64,000 nt of DNA. Source: Phoronis australis (lineage: Eukaryota > Animalia > Phoronida). The notes below the pieces were generated by a model that was given only the letters and a program-made list of their open reading frames with translations, was not told where the DNA came from and made no database searches. The position numbers and the translations under genes were made by a program. Positions 26,540-37,663 of the stretch are shown here, in pieces (the stretch's first letter is position 1; every line of letters begins with the position of its first letter). The stretch lies in assembly GCA_002633005.1 (NCBI GenBank), contig NMRA01000205.1, positions 2,109 to 66,108 of the forward strand. The letters run 5' to 3'.

Positions 26540-28731
26540 TGATAACAAATACGATAACGAGTACTACTTGTGATAGTAATAATAGTATTAATTGTAGTAA
26601 CAGTGGTGATAGTAATGTAATATTAATAAAACGATAATAGGTATCCAAATTCATGCCGTGTCAGCCCTTGTCATTCCTATAGAAGATGTATACCAAAAGT
26701 ACAGCCCAAAAGGGTGTTTTTTCACACAAAAATACTCTCCAAAATGGTGCAATTTTCGACAAAACTATATCTAAAAGGTGGCTTTCCTGAATTTCTGGAA
26801 CAGAAGTGTGCGAAAATGTGAATTTTTACACAAATTAGTCTCTAAATGGATCACTTTTTTCGAGCCTACTCTCTAAGCGGGTAGGTATTCAAAATTTTCG
26901 GGCGGTACTCCTCGTCTAAAAATACTCCAGTACCCCCGGCCGCGTTAAATATCACTTGTTCGTGATTTTGGTCAGTTTCTTTTCAATATGACGTGGGTTT
27001 CGTAAAATGTAACAATGGTACATTTCTCGCATGTGCGTTCAACGTAAAATGTAACAACTTCTTACATTTTAGGAGAGGCTTAGCAGCTTAAAATGTAACA
27101 GTCGTTACATTTTACGGCGTATCAAGGCCTCATTAATGTCCGTGTCTGCAATGACGGTGTGACCTTAAATTTCATGAGCCTCGTCTGAACAAATAAGTAA
27201 TCGCCAGTTCTTCCCGCGAGCTAAAAACCAAGACTTCGCGAGATTACGTGAGGTATTGCCGTGTACTTTAAATGAGAACACCTGACTTTATCTAGATTTT
27301 ACCTGGGTCCTAGCAAAGGTCCTAGGATTACTGAACGCACGCCAGGAATCACTTTTAAGTAAATTAATTTTATAACGGTAAGTGGCCAAAATAAAACTTT
27401 TTGACAGAAAGAACGGTATCAGTTTTGCTAACAAGCACTTGCCATGCCCTAGAGAGGAACAGCAGTCAGTTTGTTCCTGTATCCATCGCATACAGTGAGT
27501 TCCTGCGGCCATGGCATAGCCGTCTTGCAGGAGACTACAGGCAGATATTGTCGAAGATGACTGATGTTACGTACCAGTACATGATTTTGTCTATAGCTCA
27601 ACACTGAGCATGTCGAATTGTCCATTGCCATGTGACAGCTACTGGAAGTGTCCTAGTATGAGACACTTTTGAGATGTGTGTATACATAGAAAATCGCCCC
27701 CAGCTTAGTTATGTGTCATGAAGCATCGACATGCATGTCGCACACGATTTTCTTGTAGTTGTGTGATTTTTAAGTCATTGGTGTCGGGGGACATTTTCGG
27801 TGATGTTTATGAAAGTGTCCCGTTTTACACCAAACTGCAGTTCAAGTAAACATATTTCCATTCTTCTTTCCAACGCAGGAGCACGTGCTAACTACAGCGA
27901 CTCCCAATGCTTCAGCAGAGTTTGGGCTTCCTTCTGGTAAGTATTGGACCTTGTCTGCATTGTCAACTGGCCTATCGACAGGATTTTTAGTGACATCTTA
28001 AGTGACTAATTAGAACGCAGCATTCTTGGCACACCTTCGTTTCCAAGCCGTCATTTTACCCGACAAACAACAGGTTACCGGGTAAAACTATTGTTTATTT
28101 GTTGACATCTCGCAAGGGGTGGAGCTTGCATAGGTCAATTTGCCACGAATTTCGTTTATAGTGGTTTCCCATGATTCGACTTCTACAGACTGTAGAAGAA
28201 ATAGGAATAAATAAACCTCACACGCAGTTTCTTCGCTGTAGGCCTATTAGTCCGACGATAGGCTGGTATACAATATGCATTTTATTCCTTCATCCACGCG
28301 CATTCAGCGTCAGTTTGACGAAAAGAAACAATGTATACCATGTCACACATACATTTATTCACTTCGAATATTTCAGCATGGGACACGGAACTTTAAGGTA
28401 ATTTCTATCAATTGTTCCGAATTGCACAGTTTTGCACTTGGCCCAGTGCTTGAGGGAATAGAGTTATTTTGCTGTTCGTAATCACGTTACATTTTTGGTC
28501 GCCTTACGCCAGTGTCACGAAAACTTCAAATATCGCATCCCGATGTCCATGTCCAGTTTGACGGCAGTGATTTGTTTCATTTTCTTCTTTGAACATTTGT
28601 AAAGGTGGTCCGGTGATAAAATTGAAGAAGGTTGTTACGATTTGTTTCTAATTGCAGGTGTCGCAGAAAGCATTCAACCGTCACGGAAGGCTTCAGTAGT
28701 TCTTTTTTGCACATCCAGCGACATCCAATAG
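5986..28731 (+). CDS. Putative 4-exon gene for a small (~120-135 aa) single-pass membrane protein of unknown family
   Basis: Exons 5977/5986-6155, 6861-6960, 27879-27936, 28658-28731(TAG). All have polypyrimidine-AG acceptors and GTAAGT/GTAACT donors, and phases 2,0,1 join without stops: M(HKDATASIRGHMDAQVSAM)ESGAIIGTVLSCLGGLMATFCGVVYWRESIRKESQLR-IDVLTDDSAPIKERPQDSRFEDTNWQCDSKPPA-EHVLTTATPNASAEFGLPSG-VAESIQPSRKASVVLFCTSSDIQ*. One hydrophobic segment is followed by basic residues. Confidence 0.6.
7821..8357 (+). mobile_element. Non-autonomous TIR element (TACTCCACGGC terminus), copy A; interrupted at 8357 and resuming at 23355
   Basis: 7999-8352 is the reverse complement of 10322-10659. Joining 8357 to 23355 restores continuity with copy B (…GTTTTGAAG…GTATGTGAGAGT…GAGCG…). 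Confidence 0.6.
8529..10111. repeat. Tandem duplication of a ~790-bp unit
   Basis: Units begin CCATGCTATGAACATTCCCACTAAATA at ~8529 and ~9318 and end CATGTAGATCGAGCCTTGGAC at ~9313 and ~10111. Near-identical duplicated ORFs at 9132-9338 and 9930-10157. Confidence 0.9.
10117..10659 (-). mobile_element. Copy B (inverted, truncated) of the TACTCCACGGC-terminus element
   Basis: Terminus TACTCCACGGC at 10117; 10322-10659 is an inverted match to 7999-8352. Confidence 0.6.
12121..15632 (+). mobile_element. ISL2EU-type DNA transposon, degenerate, with convergent SAP/SWIM-like gene (+) and THAP gene (-)
   Basis: TIR GGGGCTATTCGGA(A/G)AAT at both ends, AT TSD (12119-12120, 15633-15634). SAP-like QLNLRLRKKGVSMRGSKHDLIQR followed by a GTAAGG donor (~12238-12305). 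Minus-strand THAP remnant C*FPWCKSSTGGHKFPKDLRLLYLWTIAVNR (~15490-15400) and …DVVPT (~15260). Second copy starts at 62470. Confidence 0.8.
16095..23287 (+). mobile_element. Kolobok DNA transposon derivative (7.2 kb) with two convergent spliced gene remnants
   Basis: TTAA TSD (16091-16094, 23288-23291). TIR AGTGGCATGGACCGCGAAAA / AGTGGCTTGGAACGTGAAAA. Plus-strand N-terminal exon MSDSGK…RKKRRQDLQLKVNKRRIYLGTEHCRWESLRSEL…LAKR*LD then GTAAGT, with further short acidic exons (~18141, ~19076, ~20192). No DDE core seen. Minus-strand exons at ~21374-21538 and ~20455-21040. Confidence 0.8.
19178..19398. mobile_element. Small MITE inside the Kolobok element
   Basis: Imperfect TIR CTGGAGTCTGTTCCAAGAAA / TTCTGTTGGAACAGGCCCCTG. 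Confidence 0.4.
25498..26358. mobile_element. Kolobok-like non-autonomous element
   Basis: TTAA|AGGGGC … GCCCCT|TTAA (TTAA at 25494-25497 and 26359-26362). Internal ~52-bp tandem duplication at 25751-25850. TIR match is only 6 bp. Confidence 0.5.
26508..26640. repeat. (AAT)n microsatellite and degenerate ART triplet tail
   Basis: Directly visible AATAATAAT… run grading into GAT/AGT triplets. Confidence 0.9.
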
Positions 28732-31600
28732 ATGGAAACTTTTCTAGTTCGAACTTAACTTTATAATTTTATAAGATAGTGGAGTTTTTTACCACAGTAC
28801 GCAATGAATAGATTGCTCAAGACATACTCGAGACGCTGAGCTCAACATTACGTAGAATCAGCGCATTTATAAGCCTCAATTAAAAGTATTTTTGTTCTCG
28901 GCAAGTCTTCAGTTCACTATTGTAGCCTGCGAGACGCAACTGAGCGTAACGTGCATATTATATATGTGTGTTATGTAAAACACGAGGATCTGGAGGAAAT
29001 GTCGGGATGATTCTGGGGATCGTGTTGTAAAATTCGGAAAATTCCACACGTACTTGTCAAGTTCATACAGACCACAGCACAGTAGTAAAACTTAGCTTGT
29101 ATTGGAACGTCCAGTACAGTAATACAACCAAGAAAACATGTAAAAAGCAAGACACATAACGCGGAGTTGTCGTGAGGACTCGATTGGGACCTCATGGGTC
29201 TCACGCTCCACCGGCTTATCTACAATAATTTGAAAAGTCTTTGTCCAGTCACGCGTTGTGGGTCATAAATCGAGATAATGATACCAACAACTGACGCGAC
29301 CAGCAAAACTACTTTCGTTTACTTCATTGGTGCACTAACTGGAGGAATTTAGAATTAGACTTTTAAACACTATCTGATCGTCAACTATTTTCGGGAGACT
29401 TCAATCTCAAAGTGCTTTGCGCAAAGGCGATGTGCGATTTTTAGAGGTGTATTGACGATGATCAACGTTAAAACGGAGAGCAATAAGTGCGTAGTTGATC
29501 ATCCAATCGGTAGCTTTGCGAGAAAGCGACGACCTTGCCGAAAGGAATAACAGAAACCCTTGAAAATCATTATAAGCGAGAAAGAGAAAACAAATATTTT
29601 CTTACGTTTAGGCTCATTAACTTTGAGTAAACGAAACGTCGCAAATATGTTCCGTTTTCTCTTGCGCGCTCGTAATCAGATTCCTATAACTAGTGTTATG
29701 GCCAAAAACCGAGTTTGGAAACATCTAGGCTAAAATCTTGATGGTATCATATTTTGCCAGCGACCATACACGGTATAAAAATGAATGAAAAGCTGAATTA
29801 GGAAAAAATTGACTTGATGGAATTCTCGTGAAGGAACGCATAAATATCACCATCATCTTCATGTCAAAATTGCCAACTAAAACTCGAGGGGGAGGGCACG
29901 AACCTTAAAATCCTGGTACGCGTTTTCGTTAACGATTTTCAAAAATAGAGCATGGTGGAGCGTTTGAAAGGGCCAAAATCCATCCAAGTCGAAGTGGCCA
30001 TAACGGAGCGATACGGAGATTTAAAATAACGCGATTTATCCATTTTTTTCAGTTGCTGTGTACCTAAATTAACAGGCGCAGAAAAAAATGACTTAGGCCT
30101 ACAGTACGATTTTCTGAAACGTACCTAGCGAAATCGTCAAAGAAAAAAGCGCCTCATGCCACCTAAAACAGACAAAAACAACCAAAGCGCGCAACGCGCG
30201 GAAAAAGTAACTCTTTCACTTGTTTTTTTGTGGTTAGACACGTGATGTGTACCCATAATTTTGGTCGTGGCCCCCTACAACGGGTTACTACTTCAAATGA
30301 CACGTATATTGACGATGTCCAAATTTAACTGCTCCACTGGTTCCCAGGGTTTCATGTTTTGTAATTCAAAATGATTGCATAAACTTAGGAATGAATGCGA
30401 GTTACAGGCACTGCGTCCATAAAGAGTAAGAAAACAAAAACCCAGCGGCATACGATCACCTCGCTTTAACAATGCATTGTGTGCATTCCACATAACAAGT
30501 AGGCCACTCTTCAGATTAGTGTTTTCGCAAAGAAAATAACAGTAAGATTTCCGAATAGTGTAATATATGGTACATGAGAATTTCAAACGTTAAAATGACT
30601 AGTAGTTCATACTATGGGAAAAGCAATAAGGGACACAGGCACTAGCAATGATAAAGTCTTCAGTATAAATATTACACTTCACAGGATGAGCAAAACATGC
30701 AATAAGTACTGTTGAGATAACCTACCGAGATCTTTGAAACTAACAATTATAAACTCTGCAATATAAACAATACACTTTATACAATGAACATGTAACAAAT
30801 ATACACACCCAAATAGTGTTACATGCAATCCCTGATGAGATCATCCATAAGTATGAGTCCCTCCATGTAAACAATAACTCACATGGTGAGCAAAATATAT
30901 AAAGTGGGGCTTAACTACAACATAGGAACCTTCAAAATTTGTGTCATAGCAGTACAAACACCATAAGTGATATAACTGCTGAGATCACTACCTTCACGAG
31001 GAAAAGTTATCAATATAAAAATATATGTACATGTAACATGAGCTTGAGCAAAGTACCGGTAGGTGCAGTGCCACAATACTGCTATCCCTGGGGGATTCAG
31101 TCACTGAAAACCGCAATAAATTGCACACCTCACAAGATGACAATAATATGTATACAAGAATTTGCTTTTCAAGATAACCATGTGGAAATGACAGGGTTGT
31201 TGCAGAATTTAGTAAAAAATCTGTATTTCATGCTAAAAAACAATCATTTTCAAAGCCACACCAGGAGTCACTAAATAAAAATACTAAAAAGACAGTATGT
31301 AATTCACTTCATGACATGCAAACAATAACTTTGCTAAACTGAAAAGATCAGTCATCCAAGGCTTGAAGAATATTCAAAATAAATACACTGCTTAAGCAAT
31401 AAACTAGTAACAACAATAACGGACACATGTCGCAATAAATACATCCCTAGTTTTATAGGAGCAAAACTAGCATTTCAAGCTCAACAATGCGGAAACAACA
31501 CAAGCAGCTTATACATTTCGAAAACCACACAGGCAATACTGATGTGGTACATGAATGAGGTGCACATCTGGAGAAAAAGTAAAATATTCTCAATAGTTGT

Positions 31601-31815
31601 GAATGTCCTAGCTGCGTGAAGCATGTAGGTCATTCACTGAATACCAGACACATATCATACTATACATTCTCACTGACCACGGGTCAAAAAAGCTGCATGC
31701 AGAATACTACCCAGGCATCTCAGAGCATTTGGTATACATAGAACATTCGAAATGGGTGGAGGGCACACTAATAAATGCTCTGGTGGGGCCCTAAAATCCA
31801 GTAAGCTGTTGAGCG
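31601..31815 (-). ncRNA. Candidate intronic H/ACA box RNA
   Basis: Minus strand: hairpin(s), H-box ATAGTA (31663-31658), 3' hairpin (TCTGGT…GTGAA/TTCAC…GCTAGG), then ACA (31606-31604) plus 3 nt, ~30 nt before a splice acceptor. Perfect 10-bp stem CAGAGCATTT/AAATGCTCTG (31782-31721). Confidence 0.35.
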
Positions 31816-32092
31816 GAAAAAAACTTTTCAAACAAATTTCCAAACACAGTACAACACTTTCAAGCATGATTAAGCGCCAAAAATACTGGAATTGATACCT
31901 GGGCCCTGTCATTACAGGAAATGGAGCTTGAAATTACGTTTGGAATTTTGTACTCTACTTTTGTGCGAACTTAAAGTCATATGATCCGTTTTTGGATGTT
32001 TTAAAAACATCGTGAATCTGCATAAAAACCATTGAAACATACTCTCTGACAATGTTCACAAAAAGCCCACACACACTTTTATCCTGGACCGC

Positions 32093-32233
32093 TCGAGGTC
32101 AAGGACGGCACGGAAATTGCCGGTTTGTCGCGTAAAGTCACAATGTCGATAATTCTACACTTAGCCGCCAGGAGAAAAACTATTGAGTACTTCCGTAACT
32201 CATCGGTAATTTCCGTACCGTCCTTGACCTCGA
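32093..32233. mobile_element. 141-bp MITE
   Basis: ~30-bp TIR TCGAGGTCAAGGACGG(C/T)ACGGAAATT(G/A)CCG at both ends. Confidence 0.75.
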
Positions 32234-34015
32234 AGTGAAGCACTGGAATTTCTGGTCAGGAGTGTCATACCTTGTAGTATCATATGTAGTGTATTAGAGA
32301 CGATCAGAAGCTGAGGTCGCCTGTGAACTTAAAGTCCTTCTCTCACGCGTTGTTAACCCTTATTACATGGTTAGAACATGTTATAAGGATCCAAGAAGTA
32401 CCTACCCCATAACTAATACACGATCCGTGCTCGAAAACAGTTTAAATGAACGCGCCACTCACGATTCGCACCCGAAGAAACACCGCCATTTTGAAGTTGC
32501 CGCGAACCCGGAAGTACAATTCATTCAGGAACCCAGGCTAAGAAAACGTCGTCAGTGCGACTGGAGCAGTGTCTGTTCTGTTACCAGCCAGCAAACGGGG
32601 ATAAAAAATCGACAGCGCGCCTTAATTTTGATAAAATCAAACTACGGACAATTTTATGGAATTTGCTGAAGAAATGTGGCGAATAAATTTTGACAGAAAT
32701 TATTTTGCCAGACTCGGGACCGCAGCCTATCGGACCCGGTGCGGATCGAGACCAGACACTGGCGAACGGTAAATGCATGCGGTTGCAAGCTGTTTTGTCG
32801 AAGTAAAATGGTCAAATGATAAATGCTGCATATATTCAAGGGTAGTTTCAGACACTTGCATGAAATTACGGGCTGGTTAGTCCTGTGTCACACTGCCGCG
32901 GCAGACCTTAGTTAGCCTCAGTCACCAGCTACCAGTGAAGACTATAGTCAAAATACAGCTTGTTAGTAGGCCTAGACAGCTTTGCGCCAAGACTACCCTT
33001 AGGCCTAACTGGTCGCTGGCCACAAACACAAAAAACACGAAAATTGAACAAAGTTTCTTTTTTGTAGCAACGTTTGTCAAAATGTATCAACGTTAAATCT
33101 TCACAAATTACAAAGTAGCCGATTGAACATGCCTTTCAGTTCAGCAAAAGTCGACATTGTAGGTGCCGCCAGAAATGAGACGAAGTCCAACGGGAATTGT
33201 GAGCACATTTATCACTTAATGAGTAACAACTGCGAGGCTGAAATTTGGTGAACACTGCTAAATCGTGCAGAATAGTAAGTAAAGTTATGTCTAACTAAAT
33301 TTCACCGTAATTTGTTGGCGAAAACAATTTACACAAAGTTTTAAACTCGTAACTCATCCCGCTGTCCTCCAATATGGCCGACGCGATCCAAACAAAGTGA
33401 CCCAAATTTCGCCACAAAACTTGCAATAACTTTACAGTGCTTGCCCCGATTTTGATACTTTTTCGATTTTTACTGAGTAGAATGTACTACCTTTCCGATG
33501 ATAGCAAAGTACTTTTTCAAAACGAGGAAAAAAATAAAACCGAAAAAAATTGGTTCGACCCACATTAGTTCCTAGGTTCGACCCGCCTGCGTAAGGAACC
33601 AACACCAATGCTATTTTAACATACTAAGTACACGTAACATTCCAAAAAAATCAACGACCACTAACTACAAACTATAAATACACTACATATGCAAACGAAT
33701 CACGATATATTACTAATAAGACAAAATAATTAAGACTTTTTGAGCAAGCCATAGCACATTCAGTTACAAGGAAAAAATGGCGGCGTTCAGGACAAGTTCC
33801 TGAACTGATGAGCCGGAAATGTGGGTACGGGAATAACCGATGACAACCGGTAATCATACGCTCAGAGAGAAGGGTCAAATACTGTTAAAAATCGCTTTTG
33901 GCAAGAAAGGCGAAAAGAATATAAAGAAAGGGTGTCGAAAATAAGAATTTATGTAGTATGTATTTTCGGATACTGGAACCACATGGGCAGTTTGCAAGAA
34001 GGACTTTAAGACGAT

Positions 34016-34540
34016 TTCCAAAGCAATCCTGATTGCCAACAAGAAAAACGGATTTGGTCTTTTGGGCATTTGAAGACTATTTTAAATACATGACAACAAA
34101 TTTGTTAAGAACCGATTGCACAAAATATAAAACGTGTAATAAGCATTACAAAAAGAAGTAGGTTTCGCGCGCAAACGCTGTGGAACATAAACAAGTAGGT
34201 CTCTTAGTATAAGATTAGTAGTTAAATCGTGGTGGTGTAGTGATAAAGCACACGCGCTTTATCCGCCAGGTAGTGAGTTCGAATCTGTAGTACTGGTAGT
34301 TTTTCCTGTTCTCTGTGATTTTTTTTGCCATTTTTTCTTGAATAATACTTCAGGAATCAAGGAAAATGCTTGTTTTAGAGGAAAAACAGAAAAATTTCCT
34401 GGGCGGGAGGGGGCAAACCCTCCTCTCGACCTCCCCCCATTCGGTGCTATGTGCATCTACAATCGTGGTTTGCGCAAACTTTGCTTACAGCCGGACAAAA
34501 TGTTGCCCCCCCCCTTGTGATATCCTAGATCCGCCACTGG
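34016..34540 (-). mobile_element. Partial copy of a CAGTGGCGGATCTAGG-ended MITE carrying a tRNA-derived segment
   Basis: End CCTAGATCCGCCACTG at 34540. Inverted homology to 42304-42810. A-box/B-box-like segment at 34227-34298. Confidence 0.7.
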
Positions 34541-34559
34541 TGTAACTAGTCCGGGTCAG

Positions 34560-35209
34560 CGTGAATCAGTACTACTACTAGTAGTGTTAGAACAAAAACT
34601 GAACAGCTGATCGAATTGAGGCTCTTCAAAATGATTCGAGTCCGACTGAGATAGTTACCCATCAGTGAATGCTCTAACCGTGTATACGAATCATTGAACA
34701 TTTCACAAACAGCACACTTACTGACTTATACTTGTCCATCGAAAGCCTGGTATTGTTGTAATGTAAAACCTTCACGAGATCGAACATTCAGTCTTGTCCT
34801 CAATGTTTCTCACCTATCGAACTAGTCGCTTACAGGTACACGGTTTGTTGGTAATGCCGCTTTTTGTACTGGCTAACACGTCTTTTTCTGAATCTCGTAG
34901 AGCAGGACGACTGCGTTTCGCCTTCGGACGTTCACTACATAGACCTACTTCTCTACGCCATTTGTACAAATTCTGTTGACCTCTAGATCTGTGGCTGCGC
35001 ATGCGTTGTTGTAATGTTTACATCTATTAGAGCATCCCGGATATTAAACTCTGTGTAAACATTTCATTCGTTTGTAGTATTTACAACGATTTTTTTCAAA
35101 ATTTTTGGACCAGTTGAAAGTTAATAACTTTTTGAACTCCATGTCACATCAAAAAACCGGCTTAAACGGCGTTAAGAGGTTTTTCTTCTATAACTCGAAC
35201 CATAGGCCT
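34560..35209 (-). mobile_element. Kolobok-like one-ended remnant
   Basis: AGGCCT|TTAA end at 35209/35210-35213. Minus-strand remnant KRSRPALRDSEK…KKRHYQQTVYL… resembles the 16574 N-terminal exon. Confidence 0.4.
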
Positions 35210-36366
35210 TTAAGACAGGTGGCTATTATCCTATGCTCCTATACATAATGACTTACGTGGATATTTTATTAGCGATAGTTTACAGTTGATAAACTCAACA
35301 AGAATCCAGCACAATAAAATGGTATGTTATGAAATCCATTCTAGTTACTTCACGAAAAATAGGCAGAGCTTGGAATGAGCAATAACAAAAACAGAGGAGA
35401 ATTATCCAGCTGATGTATGATACACAAAAAATGGGCTTGTGTGATAGACATTTTTGGCTGTAAAATTTACCTGAACTAAACATTTAATAAAGTCGAAAAA
35501 TTGATAAAAAGAGGAAACTGGAAATCAAATAAGAGGAAATCGACACCAAAAAAGAATTCCTCTTAAAAGACGGAAATCCCAAGCCCTGATCAAGTCTGTA
35601 TTCTCCAGGCTTCAACGTGTACATAAATGCAACTGTCAAGCGGTATACCTTCTTGAAATTGTCAAGGCGAGCTATCTGAAAGGTAAACAATCACTGTTTT
35701 GGTGGTATGATTTTAGAACTTCTGGTGCTGGTGACCTTGTGCACGTGCAGTAGTGTAGCACAACTTATACTCATGTAGTTAGAAGGTCACATCACTGTTT
35801 GGAAGGGCAACATTTTGAGAGGGATTGTTGAGTGTTGCTCAATGCTCAGGACTCAGGAGTTTTAAAATTATGAAGAAATGGAAGTTTTGGGAAGCAGTTG
35901 AACGAATTAGAAACCAACGATAAAAACATTCATGAAAAGAAACAGAACCCCAAAAAAGAGGAGATAAAAGTACATGTGCACTGTCAAGCAAGAGCTGCAT
36001 GATAGTAAGAAAAGGTTCAACAAGTGAAATACAATTTACTCACTGGAATCTGTGCTAAATATTAAACTAAGCAATCGGGGTGTAGACTGGACTGGATTAT
36101 TTTGTAAACAAAAGTCAAGAGTGAACAATAGGGCCAGGGTTTGCCCCACTCCCGCCCAGGAAATTTTTCTGTTTTTTTTCTCTAAAAATCAAGCATTTTC
36201 CTTGATTCCCAAAGTATTATTCAAGAAAAAAAGACAAAAAAAATCGGAGAAAGAGTCAAACAGGAAAAAGTGCAAATACCACAGACTCGAACTCACGACC
36301 TGGGCCCGGTCTCTAATCTTTGTACTCGAAACGAACTCGAAACTATTTTTGGCAATTTCTCTGCTC

Positions 36367-37350
36367 NNNNNNNNNNNNNNNNNNNNNNNNNNNNNNNNNN
36401 NNNNNNNNNNNNNNNNNNNNNNNNNNNNNNNNNNNNNNNNNNNNNNNNNNNNNNNNNNNNNNNNNNNNNNNNNNNNNNNNNNNNNNNNNNNNNNNNNNNN
36501 NNNNNNNNNNNNNNNNNNNNNNNNNNNNNNNNNNNNNNNNNNNNNNNNNNNNNNNNNNNNNNNNNNNNNNNNNNNNNNNNNNNNNNNNNNNNNNNNNNNN
36601 NNNNNNNNNNNNNNNNNNNNNNNNNNNNNNNNNNNNNNNNNNNNNNNNNNNNNNNNNNNNNNNNNNNNNNNNNNNNNNNNNNNNNNNNNNNNNNNNNNNN
36701 NNNNNNNNNNNNNNNNNNNNNNNNNNNNNNNNNNNNNNNNNNNNNNNNNNNNNNNNNNNNNNNNNNNNNNNNNNNNNNNNNNNNNNNNNNNNNNNNNNNN
36801 NNNNNNNNNNNNNNNNNNNNNNNNNNNNNNNNNNNNNNNNNNNNNNNNNNNNNNNNNNNNNNNNNNNNNNNNNNNNNNNNNNNNNNNNNNNNNNNNNNNN
36901 NNNNNNNNNNNNNNNNNNNNNNNNNNNNNNNNNNNNNNNNNNNNNNNNNNNNNNNNNNNNNNNNNNNNNNNNNNNNNNNNNNNNNNNNNNNNNNNNNNNN
37001 NNNNNNNNNNNNNNNNNNNNNNNNNNNNNNNNNNNNNNNNNNNNNNNNNNNNNNNNNNNNNNNNNNNNNNNNNNNNNNNNNNNNNNNNNNNNNNNNNNNN
37101 NNNNNNNNNNNNNNNNNNNNNNNNNNNNNNNNNNNNNNNNNNNNNNNNNNNNNNNNNNNNNNNNNNNNNNNNNNNNNNNNNNNNNNNNNNNNNNNNNNNN
37201 NNNNNNNNNNNNNNNNNNNNNNNNNNNNNNNNNNNNNNNNNNNNNNNNNNNNNNNNNNNNNNNNNNNNNNNNNNNNNNNNNNNNNNNNNNNNNNNNNNNN
37301 NNNNNNNNNNNNNNNNNNNNNNNNNNNNNNNNNNNNNNNNNNNNNNNNNN
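36367..37350. other. Assembly gap (N run)
   Basis: Run of N. The long ORFs across it are artefacts. Confidence 1.
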
Positions 37351-37663
37351 ACCCCCCCCCCCGCCACCACACCCTATAGCTGCATGTACATTTTCCCTTA
37401 TAAAATCGGTCTCTTGATAGTCCTTACCCTTATAGGATTCTATCTGTGTTACTAGAATGAAGATCGAGACCAGTCCGAAACTCAAAAAAGCACTTTAGTT
37501 CTCAATAGAGCTACCCAACCCTAAAATTGCGACTTCAAAAATGGCCCGTGACATGAGTTGGTAACGAAAATGGAATGCACATCACGCTTGGGCTGAGGAA
37601 TATCATGAGATTGACTTGATGAGGGTAAAAACATTGATTCGTTTTTAGTTTTTAGCCAGTTAA

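Larger units (their letters stand above)
7198..27129. mobile_element. PIF/Harbinger-like non-autonomous element expanded to ~20 kb by nested insertions
   Basis: Perfect TIR GGCCTTGATACGCCGTAAAATGTAAC at 7198 and its reverse complement ending 27129. 3-bp TSD TCA (7195-7197, 27130-27132). Subterminal AAATGTAACAA repeats at 7214-7340 and 27001-27112. Confidence 0.85.
30726..32495 (-). ncRNA. Putative spliced non-coding (snoRNA-host-like) gene
   Basis: Minus-strand exons with consensus splice sites: ~32495-32406 (GTAGGT; alternative GTGAGT at 32462), 32320-32271 (CAG/GTATGA), 32017-31899 (TTTTATGCAG/GTATCA), acceptor CTTTTTCTCCAG at 31568, 30755-30726 (TTGCAG/GTAGGT). Start region has YY1-like CAAAATGGCG and ETS CCGGAAGT (~32508-32515). 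No sustained ORF. Confidence 0.45.

Noticed and set aside
30832-30870. Hammerhead core CTGATGAG on + strand
   Set aside because: No correctly placed GAAA or supporting stems.
31601-31815. Telomerase RNA or U17/snR30 identity for the H/ACA candidate
   Set aside because: No CUAACCCU-type template and no AUAUUCCUA/AAACCAU motifs seen.
34227-34298. Functional tRNA gene
   Set aside because: Stems are degenerate and it lies inside a repeated MITE; treated as tRNA-derived.
36052-37485. Six long ORFs (359-467 aa)
   Set aside because: They merely span the N gap.
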